From positions 71,045 to 135,044 of the forward strand of contig JAYNIM010000001.1 of assembly GCA_038109055.1 (NCBI GenBank): a stretch of DNA of 64,000 bases. The letters are read 5' to 3'. This stretch comes from a bacterium (GTDB lineage: Bacteria > Margulisbacteria > Marinamargulisbacteria > GCA-2716485 > JAYNIM01). Positions 1-9,193 of this stretch are shown piece after piece (positions within the stretch are counted from its first letter, which is position 1; every line of letters begins with the position of its first letter). The position numbers were made by a program, and so were the translations under genes. The notes below the pieces were generated by a model. That model ran no database searches, had not been told where the DNA came from, and was given only the letters and a program-made list of their open reading frames with translations.

Positions 1-402
1 AAGGTCATGGAGAGACTGCGATGTATGTGACAGGGGGAATGCAGATTGATTATGTGACAGCGAGTGAGATGATTTTTACCCAGTTATTGCGGATGAATGA
101 TTTTATTTTAGATCATGATTTAACGGTAAATTCTGTCTTGCATGCCTCTCGATATCGAGCTGTTAGTGATGATATTGGTTTGTTGATGTATGCGACAGAG
201 GGCACGCCGAATGTGTCGTTGTTGGTGAGTTCAAATGGTCATGTGGGGATAGGGTATGGAGTTAGTTACAATGCTGGATCACGAGTTGATCACTTTAATT
301 TGTATGTGTCGGGAAATACAGGCGTCGAAGGTCATGGAGAGACTGCGATGTATGTGACAGGGGGAATGCAGATTGATTATGTAACAGCAAGTGAGATGAT
401 TT
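1..402 (+). repeat. Intragenic 327-bp (109-aa) period repeat; copies begin at 1 and 328
   Basis: AAGGTCATGGAGAGACTGCGATGTATGTGACAGGGGGAATGCAGATTGATTATGT occurs at 1 and 328, and GHGETAMYVTGGMQIDYVTASEMI is encoded twice. Confidence 0.9.
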
Positions 403-3278
403 CTGCGAATAGGATGTGGGTTGGGGATATTTCTAGTAACAGTTTGGCTGCTATAGGTACTACCTTAAATGTGGATGCGAATTCCTTTGTTGTTGGGTCT
501 GGTAATCTCTCTGTTTGGGATTATGCTACGGTTGTTGGTCGCTATAATGCGACGAAGAATGTGAATGTGAGTGGTAATCCGGTTTTTGTTGTTGGGGGAG
601 GTTGGGATGATGATAATCGTTATAATATTTTGGAGGTTATTGCCTCTGATAGTATACATGTAACACCTCACGTTAAGATTAATAATGACTTATATGTTAA
701 AAATCGACTCTTTGTCCATGAGGTTTTTGTTACGGGGTCAAATACGCTTTATGTAGATTCTATTAAATCTTATTCAAGTCTTTCTGGGTCTAGTGTTGAT
801 CATAATACGATTTTATTTGATGGACATGTAGATTTTACGGGTGATATTGATGTGTCTAGTATTGATGTTTCAGAAAATGTCATGATTACTGGAAATCTTT
901 CTATTGGTGTTTCTCAGAATAATGTCCCTTTTTATGTGAAAGGAGATAGTGTGATTCAAGGTATATTGGCTGTTTCGAACTTAAATGTCACAGAAAATAT
1001 TATCTTTCCTTCTTTGTTACATGTAGATAGTTTAGTTGTAAGTCACTCATTGCTTGTTTCACAGAATGTTTCGGCTAATGCCTTGTTTGTGACAGATCAA
1101 ATGAAGATCGCAAATGTGGCAGATTTTACGCAGTCATTTGTGACGATTTCGCAACCTTTAGCTGCAGAAAATGGTCTTTCTGTAAATAATATGTTGTATG
1201 TGGATACACTGGCGCCTTATTCAGATTTGGGGACAACCCTGAATTTGTCTCATTTTAAGAGTTTAGTTCTTGGGGATGCACGTGTTTTTGGTAATTATTC
1301 AACTGCGTGGGGACAAGATACCCATGCGATAGGTACTCTTTCAACTGCTTTTGGATATGGTACCTGGGCTACTGGTAATTATTCAACTGCGTGGGGACAG
1401 GATACCCATTCGATAGGTACTCATTCAACTGCTTTTGGATATGGTACCTGGGCTACTGGTAATTATTCAACTGCGTGGGGACAAGATACCCATGCGATAG
1501 GTACTCATTCAACTGCTTTTGGATATGGTACCTGGGCTACTGAGTATTATTCAACTGCGTGGGGACAAGATACCCATGCGATAGGTATTCTTTCAACTGC
1601 TTTTGGATATGATACCTGGGCTACTGGTAATTATTCAACTGCGTGGGGAAATAACAATAAGGCCTCGAATGATAACGCGACTGCTTTTGGTTGGAGAACC
1701 CTTGCTTCTGGATCTCGATCTACTGCTTTTGGTCATGACACTCTTGCCCAAGGTTGGCAATCTACTGCTTTTGGACAAAATACGATAGCTCAGGGCAGTC
1801 AATCTACTGCTTTGGGTCTTGGGACACATGCTTTATGGGATAATTCGATGGTGGTGGGGCAATATAATATTACTGAAAATCTTAGCATTAGTGGCAATCC
1901 AGTTTTTGTTGTTGGGGGTGGTGAAGATGAGGACAATCGTTATAACGTGATGGAAGTTTTTGCAACCGGGAATGGTCATGGTCCTCGTGTTGCTATTTAT
2001 GATGCTCTCTATGTGAATGAGGTTTTTGTCACAGGGGACCATACCTTGGAGACAGATTCTATTGCACACTGGGATGATGCTAACAATGAATTAGACTTGT
2101 TGTCTCATGTGTTAATAACACCACGTCATAAGGATAGAACGGTGAGTTATGATTTGCCTTATGCATTGTCTGTTTCGGGGGATGTTTTTGTGACAGGCGC
2201 TGTTTATTTGAGTAGTTTGAAGGATCTTAATGGAGATGATTGGCAGTTTGAGGGATCACATTTTCTTAGTGGAAATAATATCTTAAATGAAGGGTTATAT
2301 TCGTCCGCATGGGGAATGAGTAATATTTCAAGCGGTGATTATGCAACTTCTTGGGGATATAACAATGATGTCAGTGGATTTAGTCCAACAGCTTGGGGAA
2401 GTAGTAATATTGTAAGTGGAAATAGAGCGACTGCATTTGGAGATACTAATCAGGCGTTGAATGATAACGCGACTGCTTTTGGTTGGGGAACCATTGCGTC
2501 TGGATCTCGATCTACAGCATTTGGTCATGACACTAGTGCTCAAGGTTTTCAATCTACTGCTTTTGGACGAAATACGATAGCTCAGGGCGATCAATCTACG
2601 GCTTTGGGGTATGAGACACAGGCTTTATGGGATAATTCGATGGTGCTGGGGCAATATAATTTGTTGACATCTGAATTTTCTAATATTACATCTTCAACTG
2701 TTAATGGATTAAGGTTCGTTGTTGGAAATGGGTCCTCTGGTTCTAGAAAATCTGTCTTTGAAGTGGGAGATGTTCAAGCAGGACATTCTTTTGTCTATGT
2801 TCGGGATCAATTGGCAGTTGAAGGTAAATTATTAGGCGTGGGGGCTTATTCTTTTAGTGTTGAAAATGGACCATCTTACTTTGGGGATGATTTGACTGTT
2901 TATGGTACGTTTACAAATTCGAGTGATGTTTCCTTAAAAAAAGATATTCATTCCTTAGACACTGTTTTATCTAAAGTTTTGAATTTACGACCCGTGTCTT
3001 TCCGTTGGGAAGATGTTAATAAAGGGGCGGCTATTCAGTATGGCTTTATTGCTCAAGAGGTTGAAGAACTGTTTCCATCTCTTGTTGTTACTTCGCTACG
3101 AACTGGAGATAAGGCATTAAAAACGATGCAGTTTACGTCGTTACTTGTGAAGTCTGTTCAAGAATTACATGGGATTATTTCTTCTCAACAATCTGAAATA
3201 GAGCAATTAAAGCGTGACTTAGAGGGAATGAAATCTGATTTTGAATCTCGTTTATCTGCCCTTGAGGCGTCGAAGTAA
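1..3278 (+). CDS. Large repetitive fibre/adhesin-like protein with YadA-head-like (STAWG/STAFG) repeats and a C-terminal Peptidase_S74 intramolecular chaperone; 5'-partial
   Basis: The frame is open to the window edge (GHGETA precedes the ATG at 21). It has 14-aa S-T-A-(W/F)-G repeats. The C-terminus reads SSDVSLKKDI...LRPVSFRW...YGFIAQEVEELFPSLV followed by a coiled coil, the S74 signature. Confidence 0.85.
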   Translation, partial: GHGETAMYVTGGMQIDYVTASEMIFTQLLRMNDFILDHDLTVNSVLHASRYRAVSDDIGLLMYATEGTPNVSLLVSSNGHVGIGYGVSYNAGSRVDHFNLYVSGNTGVEGHGETAMYVTGGMQIDYVTASEMISANRMWVGDISSNSLAAIGTTLNVDANSFVVGSGNLSVWDYATVVGRYNATKNVNVSGNPVFVVGGGWDDDNRYNILEVIASDSIHVTPHVKINNDLYVKNRLFVHEVFVTGSNTLYVDSIKSYSSLSGSSVDHNTILFDGHVDFTGDIDVSSIDVSENVMITGNLSIGVSQNNVPFYVKGDSVIQGILAVSNLNVTENIIFPSLLHVDSLVVSHSLLVSQNVSANALFVTDQMKIANVADFTQSFVTISQPLAAENGLSVNNMLYVDTLAPYSDLGTTLNLSHFKSLVLGDARVFGNYSTAWGQDTHAIGTLSTAFGYGTWATGNYSTAWGQDTHSIGTHSTAFGYGTWATGNYSTAWGQDTHAIGTHSTAFGYGTWATEYYSTAWGQDTHAIGILSTAFGYDTWATGNYSTAWGNNNKASNDNATAFGWRTLASGSRSTAFGHDTLAQGWQSTAFGQNTIAQGSQSTALGLGTHALWDNSMVVGQYNITENLSISGNPVFVVGGGEDEDNRYNVMEVFATGNGHGPRVAIYDALYVNEVFVTGDHTLETDSIAHWDDANNELDLLSHVLITPRHKDRTVSYDLPYALSVSGDVFVTGAVYLSSLKDLNGDDWQFEGSHFLSGNNILNEGLYSSAWGMSNISSGDYATSWGYNNDVSGFSPTAWGSSNIVSGNRATAFGDTNQALNDNATAFGWGTIASGSRSTAFGHDTSAQGFQSTAFGRNTIAQGDQSTALGYETQALWDNSMVLGQYNLLTSEFSNITSSTVNGLRFVVGNGSSGSRKSVFEVGDVQAGHSFVYVRDQLAVEGKLLGVGAYSFSVENGPSYFGDDLTVYGTFTNSSDVSLKKDIHSLDTVLSKVLNLRPVSFRWEDVNKGAAIQYGFIAQEVEELFPSLVVTSLRTGDKALKTMQFTSLLVKSVQELHGIISSQQSEIEQLKRDLEGMKSDFESRLSALEASK
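1290..1649 (+). repeat. 84-bp (28-aa) near-perfect tandem repeat, about 4.3 copies
   Basis: Units start at 1290, 1374, 1458, 1542 and 1626 and encode GNYSTAWGQDTHAIGT(H/L)STAFGYGTWAT with few substitutions. Confidence 0.95.
1668..2660 (+). repeat. Dispersed ~200-bp intragenic duplication (1668-1868 and 2460-2660)
   Basis: Both copies encode NDNATAFGWxTxASGSRSTAFGHDTxAQGxQSTAFGxNTIAQGxQSTALGxxTxALWDNSMVxGQYN, offset 792 bp. Confidence 0.9.
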
Positions 3279-3526
3279 GAGCGATTTTTTGTCTTTAAGT
3301 AACGGGTTAATGTGTAGGGTGCTAGGTTACTTTTTATCTATGCTAATCTATTTTTATTCTGAAGAGCATAGGGTGTTTTTAGAAAAGATAGTGGAGATTT
3401 AAAGCGACCTTTGATGGTTTTCTTTTTAACATTAGGGAAGGGTTTAGTGTTTTGAAAGAGCTAAAGACGTTTATAGCAGATTTTTTGGATGTTGTTTGTG
3501 CTTTAAGTGTTAGATGGGAAGTGTTT

Positions 3527-3997
3527 TTATTCGCCGGATACTTTTTTGAATAGGAGTGGTTTTTCTTCTTCTTTAGTGACGGAGCTGTTGATGTTAGAGG
3601 AGGTATCAGCATTGATGATGTTGACTTGAGCCGGGGTAAATAAAAAAATGTTTTCGCCAATTTTCATCATATGGCCGTTGATGGCATAGGCTGTCCCACA
3701 GATGAAATCTATTAAGCGCTTACTGCTTTCTTTTTCGAGATATTTTAAATTTATGATAACAGGGGTATTGTTGCGTAGTTGTGCAGCGATATTTAGGGAA
3801 TCTTCGTATATGCGAGGCTCTTCGACTTTGATTTCGAATAGTTGGATGGGTTTGTTTGGGTTTTTTTGATTGATTAAGGGTTGTATTTTTTGGACTTGTG
3901 TTACTTGTTTTGATGATGTTTGCATGTCTTCATTGATGGGTTCACTTTCATCAAAACCAAAAAAAGTTTTCAATGAATGTAGTAAACTAGTTGTCAT
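3527..3997 (-). CDS. sepF: Cell division protein SepF
   Basis: EPRIYEDSLNIAAQLR...PVIINL...RLIDFICGTAYAINGHMMKIGENIFLFTP is the SepF C-terminal domain. The start is placed at ATG 3997, preceded by an AAGGAGG RBS. Confidence 0.93.
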   Translation of the reverse strand: MTTSLLHSLKTFFGFDESEPINEDMQTSSKQVTQVQKIQPLINQKNPNKPIQLFEIKVEEPRIYEDSLNIAAQLRNNTPVIINLKYLEKESSKRLIDFICGTAYAINGHMMKIGENIFLFTPAQVNIINADTSSNINSSVTKEEEKPLLFKKVSGE

Positions 3998-4661
3998 ATT
4001 TGTCCTCCTTGAATAGGGATGATCCAATTCGGATCATGTTTGCGCCATGTTTGATTGTGATTTTGTAATCTTGGCTCATTCCCATGCTTAAATAATTAAT
4101 TGTTTTTATTTTTTTTTTCATTTTTTTATAAATTGTATTTGCTTTTTGACTATATTGTTTACGTATTTCATCATTATCTGAGTTTGGTAACATCACCATT
4201 ATGCCATTTATTAATACATTTGGATAGTCTGAGGGATTTAGGGGGGTGATGATTATGTTTTCTGGACAAAACCCGTATTTTTGAGGTGCATTATTGATAT
4301 TTATTTGTAGGAAAATGTTCATTTTTTTATTTGCTTTTCGACATTCTTTTTGTACAACTTCTAATAATTTTAGGGAATCTACAGATTGAATATGACTGAA
4401 ATATTGGATGGCTTTTTTGACTTTATTTTTTTGGAGATGGCCAATAAAATGCCACGTGAGATCTAGTTGTTTTAAGGCTTCTATTTTAGGGATTGCATCT
4501 TGAATTTTGCTTTCTCCAAATTGGGAGATTCCGGCTTTTTGGGCTGTAATGATTTGTTCTATGCTCGCATATTTGCTAGCAGCAATGATGGTAATTTCTT
4601 TTTGACTGTGTTTTTCTATTTCTTTTTTTAATGTGTTTACTTTCTTTTGAATAGTTGACAT
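3987..4661 (-). CDS. yggS: YggS/PipY pyridoxal-phosphate homeostasis protein
   Basis: Motifs IAASKY, FGES, WHFIGHLQKNK, LSMGMSQDY and GANMIRIGS; directly upstream of sepF. Confidence 0.95.
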   Translation of the reverse strand: MSTIQKKVNTLKKEIEKHSQKEITIIAASKYASIEQIITAQKAGISQFGESKIQDAIPKIEALKQLDLTWHFIGHLQKNKVKKAIQYFSHIQSVDSLKLLEVVQKECRKANKKMNIFLQININNAPQKYGFCPENIIITPLNPSDYPNVLINGIMVMLPNSDNDEIRKQYSQKANTIYKKMKKKIKTINYLSMGMSQDYKITIKHGANMIRIGSSLFKEDKYDN

Positions 4662-4690
4662 TGATTAGTTGAATCATAAAGAATGTTTAT

Positions 4691-5269
4691 GTGTCAATAC
4701 GGTTTCGTTTTATTTCTTTTTTTGTTTTATGTGGAATTTGTTGTTGTCTTTTTGTTCCAAAGTTAGCATTTTTGTTAGTTCATGAAAATGCTCCTAAAAA
4801 GGTAGATGCGATAATCTTGTTGTCTGGAGGATCAGGTTTGCGCGCTCAAAAGGCGGCTGAACTGTATCTTCAGGGGTATGCGCCTATTGTGGTTATTACG
4901 GGCTCGGATGCCCCGTATTTTCATACGTCTAGATTGTCTTTGTTGCGTGAGTATGTGTGTTCGTTGGGGGTAGATGCCTCGTCTATTTTGCTTGAGGGGG
5001 ATTCACGAAGTACCTTGGATCATATGTCCCATCTTAGATCTTGGGTTTCACGCTATAAATGGAAGAAAGTGATGATAGTGACCTCCGCTTTTCATAGTGC
5101 TCGAGCCTATCGTGTTTTTCGTAAGGGCTGGAAAGATTTGCCTGTTGATATTGTCTTGGTACCCTCTGAAGATGGTATTGATTATCAGCGTTGGTGGCGG
5201 CATTATGAAATGTGTGAAACTGTTTTGATGGAGCTTTTTCGTTCTGTTTTGTATTTTTTTAGGGTTTAG
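4691..5269 (+). CDS. YdcF/ElyC (DUF218) family envelope protein
   Basis: N-terminal TM helix, DAIILLSGG, ILLEGDSRSTLD and IVTSAFHSARA. Confidence 0.85.
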   Translation: MSIRFRFISFFVLCGICCCLFVPKLAFLLVHENAPKKVDAIILLSGGSGLRAQKAAELYLQGYAPIVVITGSDAPYFHTSRLSLLREYVCSLGVDASSILLEGDSRSTLDHMSHLRSWVSRYKWKKVMIVTSAFHSARAYRVFRKGWKDLPVDIVLVPSEDGIDYQRWWRHYEMCETVLMELFRSVLYFFRV

Positions 5270-6168
5270 CTTAAATATTCTTCTGGTTGTAAACTGAATT
5301 GATTGCTGTACCAAAAATATTGGCTTGGGTATTTTTTGATTTGTTTTTCAATATAGTTTTTTATTTTGGTGGTATCCTCTTGTATGTTATCGGAGGGAAA
5401 GTTTTCTAAGGGAGGTAGGAGCTCTTGGGTGTAGCTTAGGTCTTTATTTCGTTTTGTTATTAAAGGTATTATTTTTGTTTGAGTGATTCTTGCTAAATCG
5501 CTACATGTGGTGAGGATGTTTTTATGGTGCCCTAAAAAAGGAAGGTCTAGGTGTTTCTTGTGTTGACTCATATATAGGTCGGGTAAAAAGAAAATCGCTT
5601 TGTTATTTTTTAATGCGCGTAGAATTTTTCTTGGGCTTTGTTTTTCTATAAATTCCAGGTAATGGCCACGACCTTTTTGTTGTAAATATTCAAAAAATGG
5701 ATGAGAGGCGGGGGTGTATACCGCACTTAACTTGATGTTTTTGATACTTTGATGAAAGGTTTTCATGCCTATATCTATGAGTGTGAAATGTGCGTATAAG
5801 ATAATGGCGCCTTTTTTTTCTTTTAAGGCAGCTTGAAGATGGTGGTCGCCTTTGAATGTGATGTCTACTTTTCGTTTAGGGTTTGTGTAAGCGAGTGCTG
5901 TTTCCATAAGGAAGTGTCCGAGTTCAATGAAATGTTCTTTTACCAGTTTATTTAATTCCTGTTCATTTAAGTTTGGAAAACATAATGAAATATTTTTTTT
6001 GGCGAGAGCTACTTTTTTGGGGATATATTTATAGGCTATTATTCCTAATATATGACCGATCTTATAAATGAATTCTTTTGGTAGTCGAGATAGTAGATAG
6101 AATACAAAATATAGACACCATAAGGGATAATATTTGGGTTTGAGTAGGTCTCTTGCGTTAATTTTCAT
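5266..6168 (-). CDS. lpxL: Lipid A late (lauroyl/myristoyl) acyltransferase, LpxL/HtrB family, copy 1
   Basis: HFTLID (HxxxxD/E), FLPD and YPSQYFW motifs; lies in the LPS cluster. Confidence 0.82.
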   Translation of the reverse strand: MKINARDLLKPKYYPLWCLYFVFYLLSRLPKEFIYKIGHILGIIAYKYIPKKVALAKKNISLCFPNLNEQELNKLVKEHFIELGHFLMETALAYTNPKRKVDITFKGDHHLQAALKEKKGAIILYAHFTLIDIGMKTFHQSIKNIKLSAVYTPASHPFFEYLQQKGRGHYLEFIEKQSPRKILRALKNNKAIFFLPDLYMSQHKKHLDLPFLGHHKNILTTCSDLARITQTKIIPLITKRNKDLSYTQELLPPLENFPSDNIQEDTTKIKNYIEKQIKKYPSQYFWYSNQFSLQPEEYLS

Positions 6169-7055
6169 GTTTTATCTTTAAATAGTTGGTGTACCCAAAA
6201 ATAATTTTCGGGTCTTTTTTTGATGCTTTTTTCTATTGTATCAAATATAAGTTGTGTGTCTTTTTGTTTATCTTTTGTCGGTAAATTTTTTAAGGGTTTG
6301 TTGATTTTAAAAATATAGGTTTGATTATTTATGTGATACTCACAGGGATATATTAAGGCATTACCTAACTTTGCAAAATCTGAACATGTTGATAAGGCCT
6401 TTAGTTTGTTGTTGAAAAATGTAATCGTTTCTTTTCTGGTTATGCCACTTATATTTTGATCAGGGACTATATGTAGGATTTTTTTCTTTCGTAAATGGTT
6501 AATGGCTTGTTTTGGATTATGAAGTGAAATGGGAGTGAAATATTTTTTTCGTTGTCTAAATATGAATCTTTCGATGATTTTGTTTGTGATTGGCATATAC
6601 AATGCGGCTGTTTTATCTTTGTTTGTTTTGAGGCTAATGATACGACTTGCTACTTCAATTTGAGTGAAATGACCTGTGATTAATATGGCTCCTTTTGTTG
6701 AATCAATATTTTCTAATCCTTCTAATTTTGTTATGGCGTTTAATCTTTTTTTGGAATAGAAGCAGCTTATAAATACTTCTATGATGCCTTTTCCTAATGA
6801 TTCGAAATGTTTGTGTGTTGCGTCGAGTTGCTGTTGGTTAGTTTTATTTGGATAACATTTTTTGATATTATGAAAGGCGATTTGGAGTCTTTTTTTTATT
6901 AGTAAAGCTAGGAGCTTCCCTAACCCTTTACCAAGAAGCATACTTTGTTTGTAAGAAATTGTTTTGATTAATAGGTACATGAGTCCTAAACCTGTATGTA
7001 TGGCTATGTAGGAGGTGATTTTTTTAAGGGGGTTTAGATGGTTGTTAGTTGTCAT
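6165..7055 (-). CDS. Lipid A late acyltransferase, LpxL/LpxM family, copy 2
   Basis: GHFTQIE, IVPDQ and RPENYFWVH motifs. Confidence 0.82.
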   Translation of the reverse strand: MTTNNHLNPLKKITSYIAIHTGLGLMYLLIKTISYKQSMLLGKGLGKLLALLIKKRLQIAFHNIKKCYPNKTNQQQLDATHKHFESLGKGIIEVFISCFYSKKRLNAITKLEGLENIDSTKGAILITGHFTQIEVASRIISLKTNKDKTAALYMPITNKIIERFIFRQRKKYFTPISLHNPKQAINHLRKKKILHIVPDQNISGITRKETITFFNNKLKALSTCSDFAKLGNALIYPCEYHINNQTYIFKINKPLKNLPTKDKQKDTQLIFDTIEKSIKKRPENYFWVHQLFKDKT

Positions 7056-8097
7056 GCTGCTTTAATGTTTGTTTTAGCTGTTTGAATACCTCTTCTACAT
7101 TGATATTTTCCATACAAGTTGAGGTTTCTTTGTTTATACTGCATTTTTTTCTATTACATTTTGTTGTACATTTTATTGAACTTTTTATATGTATTGTATG
7201 TTCACCTATAGCGGCACAGTATGTATAGGGTGATGGACCATATAAAATTATGCAAGGGGTTTTTAGCGCATTTGCTAAGTGGGCGATTCCGGTGTCGACC
7301 GCAATAACGCAATCGACTGTTTTTAACGTTTCTAGTTTGTCTGTGAGACTGCTGGCTTCTATGGGAGGTGACTTTTTTTTATTTAGGAGGTGTATTTTTG
7401 GATATTTTTTTTTATAGCCTTTGTATTTTTTAAGTTCGTTTTTGCCATGCCAAGATAGATATATATTATAGTTTTCATTTAGACATCGTTTTATGAAGTC
7501 CAGCCAATTTTTATCGGGCCAATGCTTGGTTGGCCAGGTTGTTCCAGGATGTAAAAGGATAGTTGGCTGAGATGTTTTTGTTTTTTTGTGGGTGGATAGG
7601 CCGTAATCTATCGTCTTTGGATTTTGGCTGTACTTTAAGGCTTTGCTTGCTAGTTGTTTGGCGCGTTGCGTAAGATTTAAATTTTTTGCGGGATGATTGG
7701 TATATATTTTATGGCTGTAAAAATAACTTGCAAAGGGTTCAATGGCGGATTTTTTGTCGAAGCCATAGCTGTTTTTTTTGAGATGACGGATGAGTAAGGC
7801 ACTTTTTAAGAGGCTTTGAAAATCGATGATATGGGTATAGTTTTCAAGGGTGAGTTGATGTTTTTTTTTGATTATTTCTTGGATGTTCTTAAGTGAAAAT
7901 AATGTTTTTTTTGTTTTTCTTAAGGGAACAGTGTGTGTTTTTTGGATGAATGGGTGCCAATTTGGTATTTCGTTGAATTGTTCATCGACGAGCCAGTGGG
8001 CAACTGCTTGTGGATGTTGTTTTTGAATGTCTGTTATGGCAGGAAATATCTGTAAAATATCTCCGAAAGATGAGAGCATGACGATTAATAATTTCAT
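7045..8097 (-). CDS. waaC: LPS heptosyltransferase I (GT9)
   Basis: N-terminal MKLLIVMLSSFGDILQIFPAITD, IIDFQSLLKSA, HPGTTWPTKHWP and VDTGIAHLA. Confidence 0.88.
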   Translation of the reverse strand: MKLLIVMLSSFGDILQIFPAITDIQKQHPQAVAHWLVDEQFNEIPNWHPFIQKTHTVPLRKTKKTLFSLKNIQEIIKKKHQLTLENYTHIIDFQSLLKSALLIRHLKKNSYGFDKKSAIEPFASYFYSHKIYTNHPAKNLNLTQRAKQLASKALKYSQNPKTIDYGLSTHKKTKTSQPTILLHPGTTWPTKHWPDKNWLDFIKRCLNENYNIYLSWHGKNELKKYKGYKKKYPKIHLLNKKKSPPIEASSLTDKLETLKTVDCVIAVDTGIAHLANALKTPCIILYGPSPYTYCAAIGEHTIHIKSSIKCTTKCNRKKCSINKETSTCMENINVEEVFKQLKQTLKQHDN

Positions 8098-9110
8098 GAG
8101 ACTTTTTTTTCTATTTCTGAGATTATTTTAGAAGGTTTTAGTTTTTTTAGACAATCGTAATGTGTGAGAGGACACTTTTTTTTGAAGCAGGGGCTGCATT
8201 CAAGATTTAATGTTTGAATAGAGGCTTTGGTATTTAAGGGAGGAGTAAACTTGGGTGAAGATGATCCGTATATAGCAATTTGCCTTTTTTTGATTGCAGC
8301 TGCGACATGCATGAGACCACTGTCATTACTGAGGATTATTGTGGAACTGCTTAATAGGTCGATGACGTCGTCTAAATGGGTTTTGTTGCAGAGATTAAGA
8401 CAGCGTTTGTTTGCAATAGTTGTTTCGATTATTTGGCATAGTTGGGTTTCTTTTTTAGCTCCTATCAGGATTATGAGCCATTTTTTTTCAATAAAATGAG
8501 AGGCGACCTGTGTAAAATAGTCACTAGGCCATTGTTTTGTTGGGCCGTAGGCAGCTCCTGGACATATAATGAGTGACGGTTGTGTGGGATTTATGGCGTA
8601 TTTTTTTTGCAGACTTTGGGTGTTTTCTTCGTTTGTTTGTAAATGTGGAAGCGGGTAGGGACCCCTTTTGAAGGGGCTACGGTGTAAACTGTGATAAAGT
8701 TCGACTTGTTTGAAATCTTTTGGATATGCGGCGTATTCATTAAGTAGTCCGAAACGATTTTTGATGAGCCAGGCCTTGTAGTGCCAGCCGCGGCGTTTAG
8801 GAATCTTGGCTAGCCAAGGGATTAAAGCGGCTTTCACGGATAAAGGGAGGATAATGGCTAAATCATACTTTTCTTTTTGCAATTGTTTGGCTAGGAGCCA
8901 GCGTTTTTTTAGGCTCAATTTTTTTTGTTTGTTTTCAAAGATGATATGCTTGGAAATTTCGGGCATACGTGTTGCCAATGAGTGAGTCCAGGATGCACCT
9001 AGTAGATGGATGCGACAGTTTTTATGCTGTTTTTTGAGTTCGATAAATAGGCTTTGCGCCATGACTAAATCACCGAGCCAATTGGGGGAGATAATCAGTA
9101 TTTTTTTCAT
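8094..9110 (-). CDS. waaF: LPS heptosyltransferase II (GT9)
   Basis: ILIISPNWLGDLVMAQSL, CPGAAYGPTKQWP, NDSGLMHVAAA and CSPCFKKKCP. Confidence 0.93.
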   Translation of the reverse strand: MKKILIISPNWLGDLVMAQSLFIELKKQHKNCRIHLLGASWTHSLATRMPEISKHIIFENKQKKLSLKKRWLLAKQLQKEKYDLAIILPLSVKAALIPWLAKIPKRRGWHYKAWLIKNRFGLLNEYAAYPKDFKQVELYHSLHRSPFKRGPYPLPHLQTNEENTQSLQKKYAINPTQPSLIICPGAAYGPTKQWPSDYFTQVASHFIEKKWLIILIGAKKETQLCQIIETTIANKRCLNLCNKTHLDDVIDLLSSSTIILSNDSGLMHVAAAIKKRQIAIYGSSSPKFTPPLNTKASIQTLNLECSPCFKKKCPLTHYDCLKKLKPSKIISEIEKKVS

Positions 9111-9193
9111 GTTATTTTTGTGTTTTATAGATCTGTAATTTTATGAGGGGCATGCTATGTTTTTTTATTATATAGTAACGTATTTTTGCTAGT

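Noticed and set aside
1290..1649. 84-bp repeats as a CRISPR array
   Set aside because: There are no unique spacers, the units are in-frame coding repeats, and no cas genes are in the window.
1668..2660. Duplicated segment as a DGR template/variable repeat pair
   Set aside because: Differences are not confined to adenines, both copies are coding within one ORF, and no reverse transcriptase is in the window.
3379..3660. Short overlapping ORFs in the six-frame track (e.g. 3379-3660, 35361-35675, 39068-39340, 42972-43394, 53967-54293)
   Set aside because: They are alternate-frame or antisense shadows of well-supported genes and have no motifs.
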